64,000 nucleotides of DNA from Verrucomicrobiaceae bacterium (GCA_051252135.1 JBPOGH010000001.1:1-64000); one strand, 5' to 3'. Shown: positions 28,634-37,761, counted from the first letter of the stretch. Translations and numbers: made by a program. Notes: generated by a model from the letters alone, not told the origin.

Positions 28634-28731
28634 TGTGTCTTGAAGTCGAATTGTCAGGTGTTGACTGAGTGTTAGTAGTATAAAGGCATCTGCATGAAAT
28701 TAGACAAGTAGAAAAAGGTGGCAATCGTGGT

Positions 28732-31700
28732 TTAGAGCCCGAGCTTCGTGGAGACGCGGAAGAACTCTTTTGGGGCGTTGGGGTCGATCGGGAGATCGGT
28801 GACCGTTGTTTGAGTCTCTCCAGTGGCTCCGGGAACGAAGGTTTGGACGTCGATCCAGCTGCCGGGTTCGAGGGTGTTGGAGCGCTGGATGTTGTAGAGA
28901 CGGGTGTCGTTTGACTCAAAGGTGAGGCTGAGGGTGTCGGCGCTGGTGGTGAATTGAGTGGATTTGATTTCAAAGGGCTCGGCGGGAGCGACGACGCTGA
29001 GTGGCTGGAGTTCGGAGAGGCTGAGGAAGCCATCGGTGATGCTGAGTTCATCGATGAGGCCATCGAAGGAGCTGTCGATATTTCCGGCGCTGTTGAAGTG
29101 GGAACCGATGGTGAGAGGCCCATTGTTGGCGCTGCCGGTAAGGGTGGTGCTTTGAGTGTCGACCTGGTCGCCAAGGGTGAAGCGGACGGTGTCAGTGACG
29201 GGGTCAAGCGCGACGCTGATGTGGTGCCAGTTGGTGTCGGGGATGGCGAGGGAGGATACGACGAGACCGGAACCGAGATGGAGGGCGAGTCGGTTAAAGG
29301 TGGTGGCGTCTCCGTAGTTTCCGGCGGTGGCGAGGAAGAGGTAGTCGAGGTCGGAGTCATTGGCGCCGATGACTTTTTTCATGACCAAGGGCATGGCGCT
29401 GTCGATGTTGTCACCGGATGGCATGGTCTCGAGTTTGACCCAGGCTTCGATGGTGAAGGGGGCGTTTCCGAAGTCGAGCTCGCGAGCGTCAGGGACTTGA
29501 ACGTGATGTTGGAGGTCTTGTTCAAAGTCGAGGGAGAGGGTGTTTGTTTCTCCGATGACGAAATCGGTCGGGGACGGGGTGTCGTTGGAGAACACGGGGA
29601 GCGCGCCTCCGGTTCCGCTGGTGGCAGTGCCGTGGTTTTCAAAAGGGAGACGGTCGGTGAATCCACCCTCGAAGCGGAGCAGGGTGCGGTCGCCGAGGAA
29701 GGCATCGTCGTCGTCGTTGAGGACACGTTGCTTCATGAGGAGTTCCTCGAGGTGTTGGCGGATCGCGGCGTAGGCTGGATCGTAGGCGATGTTGGCGGTG
29801 CCGTGCTCGGGGAGGAGTTCGTAGGGGTTGGTTTCGAGATCGAACATCTGGACGACCTGGGTGGCGTTGCTGTCGACGTCGTATTTGATGAGCTTAAAGC
29901 GTCCGTTGGTGACAGAGCGCATACCGGGCTTACTGCCGCCGGCGTAGAGCCCGTAGAGTTCGCTGCGGGCGGTGTTGGCGGTGCCTTCGAGGACGGCTTT
30001 GAAACTTTGACCGTCGTCTTCATCGATGGTGCCGGGGAGGTCGATTCCAGCGAGATCGCAGAAAGTGGGGAAGCTATCGTGGAGGTAGACGAGGGCGTCG
30101 GTCTCGCTGCCGGCGGCGATGCCGGGGCCGCGGACGATGTAGGGGACTTTCCAGGTGTGCTCGTAGAGGTTTTGTTTTCCCTGAAGGCCGTGGCGGCCGA
30201 TGGCGATGCCGTGGTCCGAGGTGAAGACGATGTAGGTATTATCGAGGACGCTATCGGATGTGTCACCGTCGCCATCCGGGTCTTCGAGTTTGTCGAAGAC
30301 GCGGCCGAGTTGTTGATCGATCCAATCGACGCAGGCGAAGTTCCGGCCGATCTCGTTGCGGACGACGGCCTCGGTGCGATACTGCAAAATTCCCGGAGCG
30401 GTGATTTCGTCACGGACGCTGAGGTGGCCGTTATTGAAGGGATGGAAGGGGAAATTTGCAGGGGTGCCATCGGCTTCGTTGATGGGGAGATGGTTGATCG
30501 GAAGTGGTGGGGCTAGCAAATCGAGCGCCAGGGTCTCGGGTGCGCGAGTGTTCACACAGTTGTAAAGAGTCGCGAGGTCAGGGCGGGCATTTCGCTCATC
30601 GTGCGGGTGGGAAAAGCCGAGATACATGAGGAAGGGTTTTCCGGCGGGGCGGTGATTGGTGCGCCAGTGCTCGATGTGGTCGAGGCTGCGGTCGCCGTGC
30701 CATTCGCTGCCGCTTCCGTCGGTGTTTCCCCGTTTGGTGGCATCATTTCGGATGGTGAAGGCGTTGTTTGCGATGCCGTAGCTGTTGCCGTTCTTGCAGG
30801 TTCGGTATGTGGCGTGTGGGAGGGGGCTTTGGCCTGATCGGGCTCCGGAATTGAAGATGCCGGGGAAGGTGTTGGCGGGATCGCCGGACCCCGCATGGTC
30901 GGTTTGGGAAGCCCAGGTGTTTCTGCCCGTCATGATGGTGGAGCGAGTTCCGGTGCAGACGGCGGCGGTCCATGAACCCATGATGCGGGCCTGGTGAAAG
31001 AGCATGCCCTCGGCGGCAAGGCGATCGAGGTTGGGGGTGCTGATGGGATAGGGCTGATTGGAGCTGTCCTTTTCAGCGGCCTCGGAAATGCGGTAGGCGT
31101 TGAGGGCGTAGGTGTCCATGTCATCGGCGATGATGAAGAGGAAGTTGGGTGGCTCGGGAGTGAAGACGGGGATGCCTTCGACTTCTGCGCTTGGGGCGGA
31201 CTCAAGGTTGTCGGAGTTTACGGAAGTGACGGTGTAGTAGTAGGTGGTGTCATTGACGGCGGTGCTGTCGATGAAGTCACTGTTGAAGGAGGTTCCGATT
31301 TGGGTGTAAGGGCCGCCCATGGTGGTGGCGCGGGAGATGCGGAACTCGAGGAAGCCGGGTTGGCCGTAGTCATCCCAGTCAAGGAAGACGCTATTGTTTC
31401 CGGGGCTGATGGTGAGATTTGCGGGCACCACGGGTGCGGGCGGTGGGCCGCTGAAGGCTTCGCGGATTTGGTAGGCGGTGATGTGAGCCTGCCCAAAGTT
31501 GGGTGATTCGAGGGTGATGGTCTGGGTGGTGGCGTCCGCAGTGAACGTGCCGATCGCGAACTGGTCATTGAGGGTGACTTTGTTTCCGTTGCCATCGCCG
31601 ACGGGGGTTTCACGGGCGTCTTGAGAGGAGCGGGTGTCGACATACCAGACTTGGATTTCGTAAGTGGTGCCGATGGTGAGCAGTCCGGCGCCGTTGACGG

Positions 31701-32082
31701 AGGTGTCGCCATCGCCATCACCGAGAGTGAGGGAAACGAGGTCGGTGCCTCCGCCATATTCGAGGGTGCTGAGGATGTCATCGTAAGCGGCGTCGCCGGC
31801 ATTGGTGATGCTGGAGAAATCATTGGCGCCGCCATTTTTAGGGTCTGCGTCGAGCAGGCTGGTGGTGGGTGTGAAGGTGACGCCGTTGACGGTGATGGGA
31901 GCGGCTCCGGTGATTTGATCGTTTGCGACGGCATTATAGGCTTCGACCAGGGTGCCGTTATTGGAGACATCGGATGAATTTCCGATTCCGGTCGAGACGT
32001 TGGTTGCCGGGCCCCAGGTGATGTTGGCGGCGTGTGAAACCCCTAAGAGAAGGGTGGTTGCGAGGATGGAATGGGGAGACAT
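28732..32082 (-). CDS. Multidomain secreted sulfatase (N-terminal beta domain, Fn3, sulfatase, LamG, C-terminal domain)
   Basis: Start reassigned to MSPHSILATT; Fn3 TTYYYTVTSVN; PNFLFIIADD; atypical CTGTRSTIMTGR; LamG FTIEAWVK...WHHIS...FDGLIDEL; ends KEFFRVST. Confidence 0.88.
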   Translation of the reverse strand: MSPHSILATTLLLGVSHAANITWGPATNVSTGIGNSSDVSNNGTLVEAYNAVANDQITGAAPITVNGVTFTPTTSLLDADPKNGGANDFSSITNAGDAAYDDILSTLEYGGGTDLVSLTLGDGDGDTSVNGAGLLTIGTTYEIQVWYVDTRSSQDARETPVGDGNGNKVTLNDQFAIGTFTADATTQTITLESPNFGQAHITAYQIREAFSGPPPAPVVPANLTISPGNNSVFLDWDDYGQPGFLEFRISRATTMGGPYTQIGTSFNSDFIDSTAVNDTTYYYTVTSVNSDNLESAPSAEVEGIPVFTPEPPNFLFIIADDMDTYALNAYRISEAAEKDSSNQPYPISTPNLDRLAAEGMLFHQARIMGSWTAAVCTGTRSTIMTGRNTWASQTDHAGSGDPANTFPGIFNSGARSGQSPLPHATYRTCKNGNSYGIANNAFTIRNDATKRGNTDGSGSEWHGDRSLDHIEHWRTNHRPAGKPFLMYLGFSHPHDERNARPDLATLYNCVNTRAPETLALDLLAPPLPINHLPINEADGTPANFPFHPFNNGHLSVRDEITAPGILQYRTEAVVRNEIGRNFACVDWIDQQLGRVFDKLEDPDGDGDTSDSVLDNTYIVFTSDHGIAIGRHGLQGKQNLYEHTWKVPYIVRGPGIAAGSETDALVYLHDSFPTFCDLAGIDLPGTIDEDDGQSFKAVLEGTANTARSELYGLYAGGSKPGMRSVTNGRFKLIKYDVDSNATQVVQMFDLETNPYELLPEHGTANIAYDPAYAAIRQHLEELLMKQRVLNDDDDAFLGDRTLLRFEGGFTDRLPFENHGTATSGTGGALPVFSNDTPSPTDFVIGETNTLSLDFEQDLQHHVQVPDARELDFGNAPFTIEAWVKLETMPSGDNIDSAMPLVMKKVIGANDSDLDYLFLATAGNYGDATTFNRLALHLGSGLVVSSLAIPDTNWHHISVALDPVTDTVRFTLGDQVDTQSTTLTGSANNGPLTIGSHFNSAGNIDSSFDGLIDELSITDGFLSLSELQPLSVVAPAEPFEIKSTQFTTSADTLSLTFESNDTRLYNIQRSNTLEPGSWIDVQTFVPGATGETQTTVTDLPIDPNAPKEFFRVSTKLGL

Positions 32083-32179
32083 GGTAGATGAGGGAAGATG
32101 GATTTTTAAAGATGCGAGGTCACGCCGATACTGCACCTTTGAGTGCTTTTTTTCAATCGAAGTGATGCCTGATTCTCCG

Positions 32180-34264
32180 TTATCGAGCGGAGAGGACGAC
32201 GTATTCGTGGCGGGTGACTTTGCCGTCGTTGTCTTTGTCGAAGTTTTTGAAGCGGGTCTCGAGGTTCTTGCCTTTTTGTCCGGCGAGGTATTCTTCGAGG
32301 GTGAGAATGTCGTCCTTGTTGGTGTCCCATTTATCGAAGGGGGCGTTGCGATCTCCTTTTGTTTTCGCCTTTTTCTTGGGAGCTTCGGTCTGTTTATGGT
32401 CGGCGACCGCGATGGCTGCTTCGTAGTAGGATTTGGTTCGCTTTTTGCCGACGACCTCGGGGTAGCTGCGGAGGAAGTTGTTTTCGTCGATGAGGTTGAG
32501 GTAGAAATGGGTGGTTCCTTTGGGGAGTTCTGCAGTGACCTTGTTGTTGTCCTTGAGACTGGCTGAGGTGCGGAACCATTCCTCGTAGCGCTCGCCGCCA
32601 TTGAGGGTATAGATGAGGTCGGCGCGGGCGACTTTGGCTCCGTTTTCCTGGTAGGTGAACTCGACGGTTTGGTCGGTGCGGAGGTGAGTGAGCACGGTGG
32701 GGACCTTTTCTTTGTTGGGTAAGGCGGCTCCGGTGGCGGGATTGTAGTAGGGGTAGCTGGCCTTCATCTCTTCGAGGATTTCGGTGAGACGTTGGTTCAT
32801 GGCGGCGGTTTTTTCGGGGTGGGCTGCGGCGATGTTTTTGGCTTCCTCAAAGTCGACGCGCTTCTGCTCATCGCCGCTGGTTTCGTAGAGGCGGAAGAGT
32901 TCGAGCTCGGGAGATTCGGGATTGAGGAGGTGGTCGTAGTTCCGGATGAGCTTGAAATCGCCGATGCGGATGGTGCTTTCAAGTGCGCCGCCGTGGGGGA
33001 AGTGCCACATCATGGTGTCGCGTGGGGAGCCATCGGGGTTCTTGACGAGCTTGGGGTCGCGTGGGTTTTCGGTGAGGAGGGGAAGGAGGTTGAGGCCGTC
33101 GAGTTGTTTGTCTTCGGGGCGGGGGGTGCCGGTCATGGCGAGAATGGTGGGGTAGAAATCGAGTCCGTTGGCCATGACCTCGGTCTGGACGCCGGCGGGG
33201 ATACCGGGGCCGGTGATGATGAGGGGGACGCGGGTGCCGCCTTCTTTGGCGGAGATTTTTCCGCGATCGAGCGGATTGTTATCGGTGTAGCGCTCTTTTG
33301 GGCCGCCTTCCATGCCGCCGTTATCGGAGGTGAAAATGAGGTAGGTGTTTTCGCTGAGCTTGTGACCGGGCCAGCGTGGGTCCTCGGTGGTTTCGAGGTA
33401 GGTGATGACGGTGCCGAGGTAGTAGTCGAGTTCCTCGACCATGGAGCCGTAGAAGGGATTTTTTTGACCGGGGGTTTCTTTCTTCGGTGGGCTTTGGGGA
33501 TCGGTTCCCATGCGCCCGGTGTATTTATTGAGGAGGGCTTCGGAGCGGGTCTGAATGGGTGAATGGACGAGCCAGGTGGCATAGAAGAGGAAGAAAGGGT
33601 CGCCTTTGTTCTCCTTTACGAAGGTGAGTGCGTCCTCGTTGGTCTGGTGACGGGGGAAGCCATTTTCATCGAGGCGGTAGGGGTCGTCCTCGGCAGTGGT
33701 GGCGAATTCCGCGAGGCGATCTTTCATGCCGGTGCGCGCGCCGCGGCTGGCTTCGCTGTAGTCAAAGCCCATGTCTTTGGGCTGCGGGAAGGCGTGGTGA
33801 TCGATGGCCATGTGCCATTTCCCGGAGTGGCCGGTGGTGTAGCCGTTCTTTTTCAATGCACGGGTGATGGTGAATTCATCGGCAGGGATTCTTCCGCTAT
33901 ACCATGGGTCCATCATGCGGCTGTTTTTGCTGAGGGGGGTGGGAGGCGCTCCACCTACGACGTGTGTTTTTTGAGCGCGGGCGGGGTGGTTTCCGCTGAC
34001 GATGGCGCAGCGCGAGGGGGCGCAGGTGGGTGCGGGGGAGTAGGCCTGCCAGAACATGACGCCTTTTTTTGCGAGAGCGTCGATGTTGGGGGTTTCGTAG
34101 GGTGAGGGGTCGTCGATGTCGTAGCATTTGACGTCCTGCCAGCCGAGGTCGTCGGTGAAGAGGAGGACGATGTTGGGCTTGGCGGGGCGGGTGTCGTCGG
34201 CGTGCAGCAGGGAGATCGCCGAGGTGAGAGCGATAACGATGGCAGGGAGAAGGTTATTCTGCAT
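32180..34264 (-). CDS. Sulfatase with C-terminal EF-hand pair
   Basis: Start MQNNLLPAIV; CAPSRCAIVSG; DTNKDDILTLEE and DKDNDGKVTRHE EF-hand loops. Confidence 0.92.
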   Translation of the reverse strand: MQNNLLPAIVIALTSAISLLHADDTRPAKPNIVLLFTDDLGWQDVKCYDIDDPSPYETPNIDALAKKGVMFWQAYSPAPTCAPSRCAIVSGNHPARAQKTHVVGGAPPTPLSKNSRMMDPWYSGRIPADEFTITRALKKNGYTTGHSGKWHMAIDHHAFPQPKDMGFDYSEASRGARTGMKDRLAEFATTAEDDPYRLDENGFPRHQTNEDALTFVKENKGDPFFLFYATWLVHSPIQTRSEALLNKYTGRMGTDPQSPPKKETPGQKNPFYGSMVEELDYYLGTVITYLETTEDPRWPGHKLSENTYLIFTSDNGGMEGGPKERYTDNNPLDRGKISAKEGGTRVPLIITGPGIPAGVQTEVMANGLDFYPTILAMTGTPRPEDKQLDGLNLLPLLTENPRDPKLVKNPDGSPRDTMMWHFPHGGALESTIRIGDFKLIRNYDHLLNPESPELELFRLYETSGDEQKRVDFEEAKNIAAAHPEKTAAMNQRLTEILEEMKASYPYYNPATGAALPNKEKVPTVLTHLRTDQTVEFTYQENGAKVARADLIYTLNGGERYEEWFRTSASLKDNNKVTAELPKGTTHFYLNLIDENNFLRSYPEVVGKKRTKSYYEAAIAVADHKQTEAPKKKAKTKGDRNAPFDKWDTNKDDILTLEEYLAGQKGKNLETRFKNFDKDNDGKVTRHEYVVLSAR

Positions 34265-34576
34265 AGCTGGGAGTTTTGGAGAGAGTGAGAGAATGATTTT
34301 TACGCTGAAGCGAGGGAATGTATCGCCTGAGGAAGAGTGTTGGGTGTCAGCCGTCAACGAGAAATTTATTATGCGCTCAGAGGAGAGTTCGATTCCAGCG
34401 GGAGGTGGATGTGGGTTTTAGAGAGGAGGGTGAGGGGGCTGATTTGATAGGTACGGGGTGAAAGAGCCGAGTGGGTAGGTGATGGTTAGGGAGGGAGTGG
34501 GTTTTGAGGAGGTTTCTTGGGTTCCGCGGCGGTGATGAGGAGACTGACGAGCGGCACTTTTTTCAGGAAGCGGGGG

Positions 34577-35932
34577 CTATTTTGGTTGAGTGGCGGGGGA
34601 GAGGGCGGGGTCGTCCAGATCGAGGCGATAGAGGATTTGGTTGTAGTCGTAGCGCGGGGTTTTGACGGGGGATTTGGAGAAGAAGGTGGTGTAGGTGCCC
34701 TCGAAGATGAGGACGGGGCTGTTGGCGGGTGAGAGGTCGGGGTGGATGCGGGGGTTGTAGAAGGTGTAGGTGGCGTGGCTGAGGATCTTGATGGCGGGGC
34801 CCCAGGGGCCGGTGGGTTGGGAGGCTTCGGCATACCAGAGCTGGCCGAGGGGGGAGGGGTTTCCGTGGAGTTGGGTGAAGACAGTGAGCCATTTTTTGCG
34901 GTAGGAATTCCAGACGATGGAACCGCGGTGGGGTTTGATGGTTGAGCCGTCGGTGGTGGTTACTTTTTGCTGGGGGGTGAGGTGTTCCCATTGGGCGGGG
35001 TCTTGCCAGGCTTCGAAGGTGGCGGGGACGCGGAGGGTGGGGAAGGGATCGCCGAAGTAGGCCCACCTTTGGCCATCGGGGTGGGTGTGGATGACGGGGT
35101 GGCCGTTTGGTGCGGGCGGAGGTTTGGGTAAGTCGGGATGGTGATCCCAGAGGACTTTGAGGGTTTCGAAGTTTTGGGTGTCTTCGTTCCAGTGGCAGAG
35201 GCCGAGTTGGTAGACGTCGAGGAAGTTTCGGATCTTGGCGAAGGTGGCGACGAGGTGGGGGGTGTCGTTTTTGTCGGGGAGAGAGAGGTAGCCGCCGAGC
35301 CAGGTGGGGCCATCGCCGGGGAGTTGGGCGACAGGGCGGGGGGTGCCATCGGGGGCGCGGAAGTAGTGGAGGGGGAGTTTGAGGGGAGGCTCGAGGGATT
35401 TGAGGGGAGAGGGCGCGGTGGTGGCGCTGGTCATGTGGAAGATGCCGAGGGGGTAGGGGGCGAGATTGGAGTCGCCCCAAGCCCAGAATTTTTTCCCGCG
35501 ATGGAGGGTGGTTTGGATGCTATCGCAGCCGAAGATGCCGCTTTCTTTCCAGTCGAGGTGTTGGCCGAGTTTTTGGCTTTCGGCGAAGAGGCCGGCACCG
35601 GTGAGGCGGCCGAGGCGTTTGGCGATGATGGTGCGGTCGACTTTGATTTGATGTGTGCCGTCGGTGGTGGGTGTGATGCGGAAGCCGCGGTAGCCGAAGC
35701 CATCGGCGGGGAGTTGGTAGCCATCGCTGGTGAGGGTGAACCAGGTTTCGCGGTCGAGGAGATCGGGGGCATCGATGGCAATGAGTCCGGCGTTGTCGGT
35801 GACGAAGGTGAGGTTGTGGGTGGTGGTGAGTTGGACGAGGGGGACGGGCCAGTTGTTCTCGCGGTCGACGATTTGGATTTGGAAGGGTTTGGCGAAGACG
35901 ACGGTGGGGAGGAGGAAGAGGAGTCGTTTCAT
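34577..35932 (-). CDS. Secreted hypothetical protein (possible beta-propeller)
   Basis: 451 aa, signal peptide, codon bias matching neighbours; WGDS and WNSYRKKW motifs; no function recognised. Confidence 0.75.
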   Translation of the reverse strand: MKRLLFLLPTVVFAKPFQIQIVDRENNWPVPLVQLTTTHNLTFVTDNAGLIAIDAPDLLDRETWFTLTSDGYQLPADGFGYRGFRITPTTDGTHQIKVDRTIIAKRLGRLTGAGLFAESQKLGQHLDWKESGIFGCDSIQTTLHRGKKFWAWGDSNLAPYPLGIFHMTSATTAPSPLKSLEPPLKLPLHYFRAPDGTPRPVAQLPGDGPTWLGGYLSLPDKNDTPHLVATFAKIRNFLDVYQLGLCHWNEDTQNFETLKVLWDHHPDLPKPPPAPNGHPVIHTHPDGQRWAYFGDPFPTLRVPATFEAWQDPAQWEHLTPQQKVTTTDGSTIKPHRGSIVWNSYRKKWLTVFTQLHGNPSPLGQLWYAEASQPTGPWGPAIKILSHATYTFYNPRIHPDLSPANSPVLIFEGTYTTFFSKSPVKTPRYDYNQILYRLDLDDPALSPATQPK

Positions 35933-36011
35933 GGGGGTGGGTTAGGATACGGTGCCTTTTGTGGGAGTCTTAGTATTGATTGGTGGTGTTTGAGGGTTTG
36001 GGGCTTGGATG

Positions 36012-36041
36012 TTGACAGGTGGTTTGGGTGATTTTTACTAT
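36012..36041 (+). promoter_or_regulatory. Sigma70-like promoter of the ankyrin gene
   Basis: TTGACA-18 nt-TACTAT. Confidence 0.6.
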
Positions 36042-36110
36042 CTCCAATACCTGCGAAGGGTTGAATTGGGCGACGTGCCCGTACCCAGGTTTGCGGGGCT
36101 GTGTTCTGCG

Positions 36111-36785
36111 ATGAAAGCTCCGCCCATCTTTGCTCCAACGTTTCACGGTGATGTTGTGAGGGTTCGGGAGCTCCTTGAAGCGGATCCTGAACTGATTTCA
36201 GCAAGAAATGCAAAAGACCTCACGCCTCTTCACGTTGCGGCGAGTCGGGGTCAGGCTGAGGTGGTGCAGGTGTTACTTGATTACGGGGCCGATGTTCATG
36301 GGCCGACGGAGAAGGGGGAGTGGACACCCATCGTTTATGCGGCCTACCGGGGGCATTTGGAAGCGGTTGAGATTTTGGTCGAGAATGGCGCGGGGGTTAC
36401 CGAAGGGGACGGCAATCCGATTCATTTTGCGGGGCAGCGGAGGCATCGAGAGATTTGCCGGTTGTTGGTGGAGCATGGCGCGGTTGATGATCTTGTGGTG
36501 TCGACGGATGTGGATCAGCTTCGATTGTTTCGAGCGGCGTATGGGTATGATGCCGATCTGGTCGAAGAAATTCTCACGCGTCGTCCAACGCTTGTTGAGG
36601 CACGAGATCGAAATGGTCGGACCCCGCTGCATGAAGCTTGCACCAACGGGGATATCAAAACCGTTCGGGTTTTGCTGAAGTATGGTGCTAACGTAGAGGC
36701 TTTGGATCGTAGGAAAGAGAGGCCGCTGGATCGGGCTTTGGCTCATCGGCAACATGCGGTTGCCAAGCTGTTAAAGAAAGAGTGA
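36111..36785 (+). CDS. Ankyrin repeat protein
   Basis: TPLHVAASRG, TPIVYAAYRGH, TPLHEACTNG repeats with LLxxGADV/GANV; start at ATG 36111. Confidence 0.92.
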   Translation: MKAPPIFAPTFHGDVVRVRELLEADPELISARNAKDLTPLHVAASRGQAEVVQVLLDYGADVHGPTEKGEWTPIVYAAYRGHLEAVEILVENGAGVTEGDGNPIHFAGQRRHREICRLLVEHGAVDDLVVSTDVDQLRLFRAAYGYDADLVEEILTRRPTLVEARDRNGRTPLHEACTNGDIKTVRVLLKYGANVEALDRRKERPLDRALAHRQHAVAKLLKKE

Positions 36786-36825
36786 GTGGGGTTTTGGTTT
36801 GGGAATCGGTGAAGAAGGTGGTGGA

Positions 36826-36965
36826 GGTGAGATTGAATCGGGGGGCGGGGGTCAAGGGAGGGGCGTGTGATTCTCGCGACCCTTCAGGTCGCTGTGTTTT
36901 GGCGATGGGGGATCCCATGGCTGAAGCCATGGGCTTTGTTGTGATGAGCTTTCCGCTCTTTGGGA
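36826..36965. repeat. ~140-bp direct repeat, copy 1, with three REP-like hairpins
   Basis: GCGACC/GGTCGC, CCCATGGC-TGAA-GCCATGGG and GAGC/GCTC stems; aligns end to end with 37620-37761. Confidence 0.9.
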
Positions 36966-37180
36966 TGCCGACAGCGATGCTCGGGGGGCGCGGAGGCTTC
37001 GTTGGAGGGTTTGCGATCATTGGTCATGAAGGAGCCGCAGCTGCATTGAAGGGATGGATGTTGACAGTGGGTATTGAGGATTTGTAGTGTGGCGGGAGCT
37101 TGTTAAAGGAAAATCGGAGTATCGTATTTATGGTTCGTAAGTCTGAGCGATTCCTATCATTTGTTAAAAATTATAAGACC

Positions 37181-37537
37181 ATGAAGCACATTACCTCTAT
37201 CATTCTGGCGATATTCCTTTCGAGCTTTGCGTCAGCTGCTCCCAGGGGAGAGAGGATTGATGGCCCAATTAAAGGGGTGCTGTTAGCTGGCGTTAAAGAC
37301 GGGAATGAGATTTCCGAGGGGGTTGTGTTCCTTGCTGACGATGGCGTGATTTTCGCAGCTGATTCAGCAACAATTGGTCCTGATGGCAAGAGTATCACTT
37401 TTAAGGGAAAGCCCTTTTTTGTGAAGGAAGGAACGAGAATTCATGCTGATGAACTTGGCGAGTGGATGCGTCTTACGGTCAAGGGGGAGGTGAAAACCAG
37501 TAAGGGCAAGTGGCAGATGGTGATTCCTAAAAAATAG
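37181..37537 (+). CDS. Small secreted hypothetical protein, visibly lower GC
   Basis: MKHITSIILAIFLSSFASAA signal peptide; 118 aa; AT-rich leader; TTGACA-18-TAGTGT at 37061-37090. Confidence 0.75.
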   Translation: MKHITSIILAIFLSSFASAAPRGERIDGPIKGVLLAGVKDGNEISEGVVFLADDGVIFAADSATIGPDGKSITFKGKPFFVKEGTRIHADELGEWMRLTVKGEVKTSKGKWQMVIPKK

Positions 37538-37619
37538 GGCGAATAGCAAAGCTTGTTGCTGAGTGATTTTTGAATTTATCGGCGATTACAGGTCGTTCGT
37601 TTGCGGGCGGGATTGGGTG

Positions 37620-37761
37620 GGTGAGATTGAATCGGGGGGGGCGGGGATCAAGGGAGGGGCGTGCGGTTCTCGCGACCCTGTAGGTCGCTGTTTTCCGGTG
37701 ATGGGGGAACCTATGGCTGAAGCCATGGGCTTTGATCTGTCGAGCTTTCAGCTCTTTGGGA
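37620..37761. repeat. ~140-bp direct repeat, copy 2
   Basis: Same hairpin order and sequence as 36826-36965 with scattered substitutions. Confidence 0.9.

Noticed and set aside
32083..32601. N-terminal extension of the 1289-aa ORF
   Set aside because: Overlaps the upstream sulfatase out of frame; the signal peptide starts at 32082
34265..34576. ncRNA or riboswitch in the ~310-bp intergenic region
   Set aside because: No recognisable conserved motif or convincing stems by eye
37538..37602. Integron attC site after the orphan gene (GGCGAAT...GTTCGTT)
   Set aside because: Core sites do not fit RYYYAAC/GTTRRRY, internal pairing is poor, and there is no integrase or cassette array
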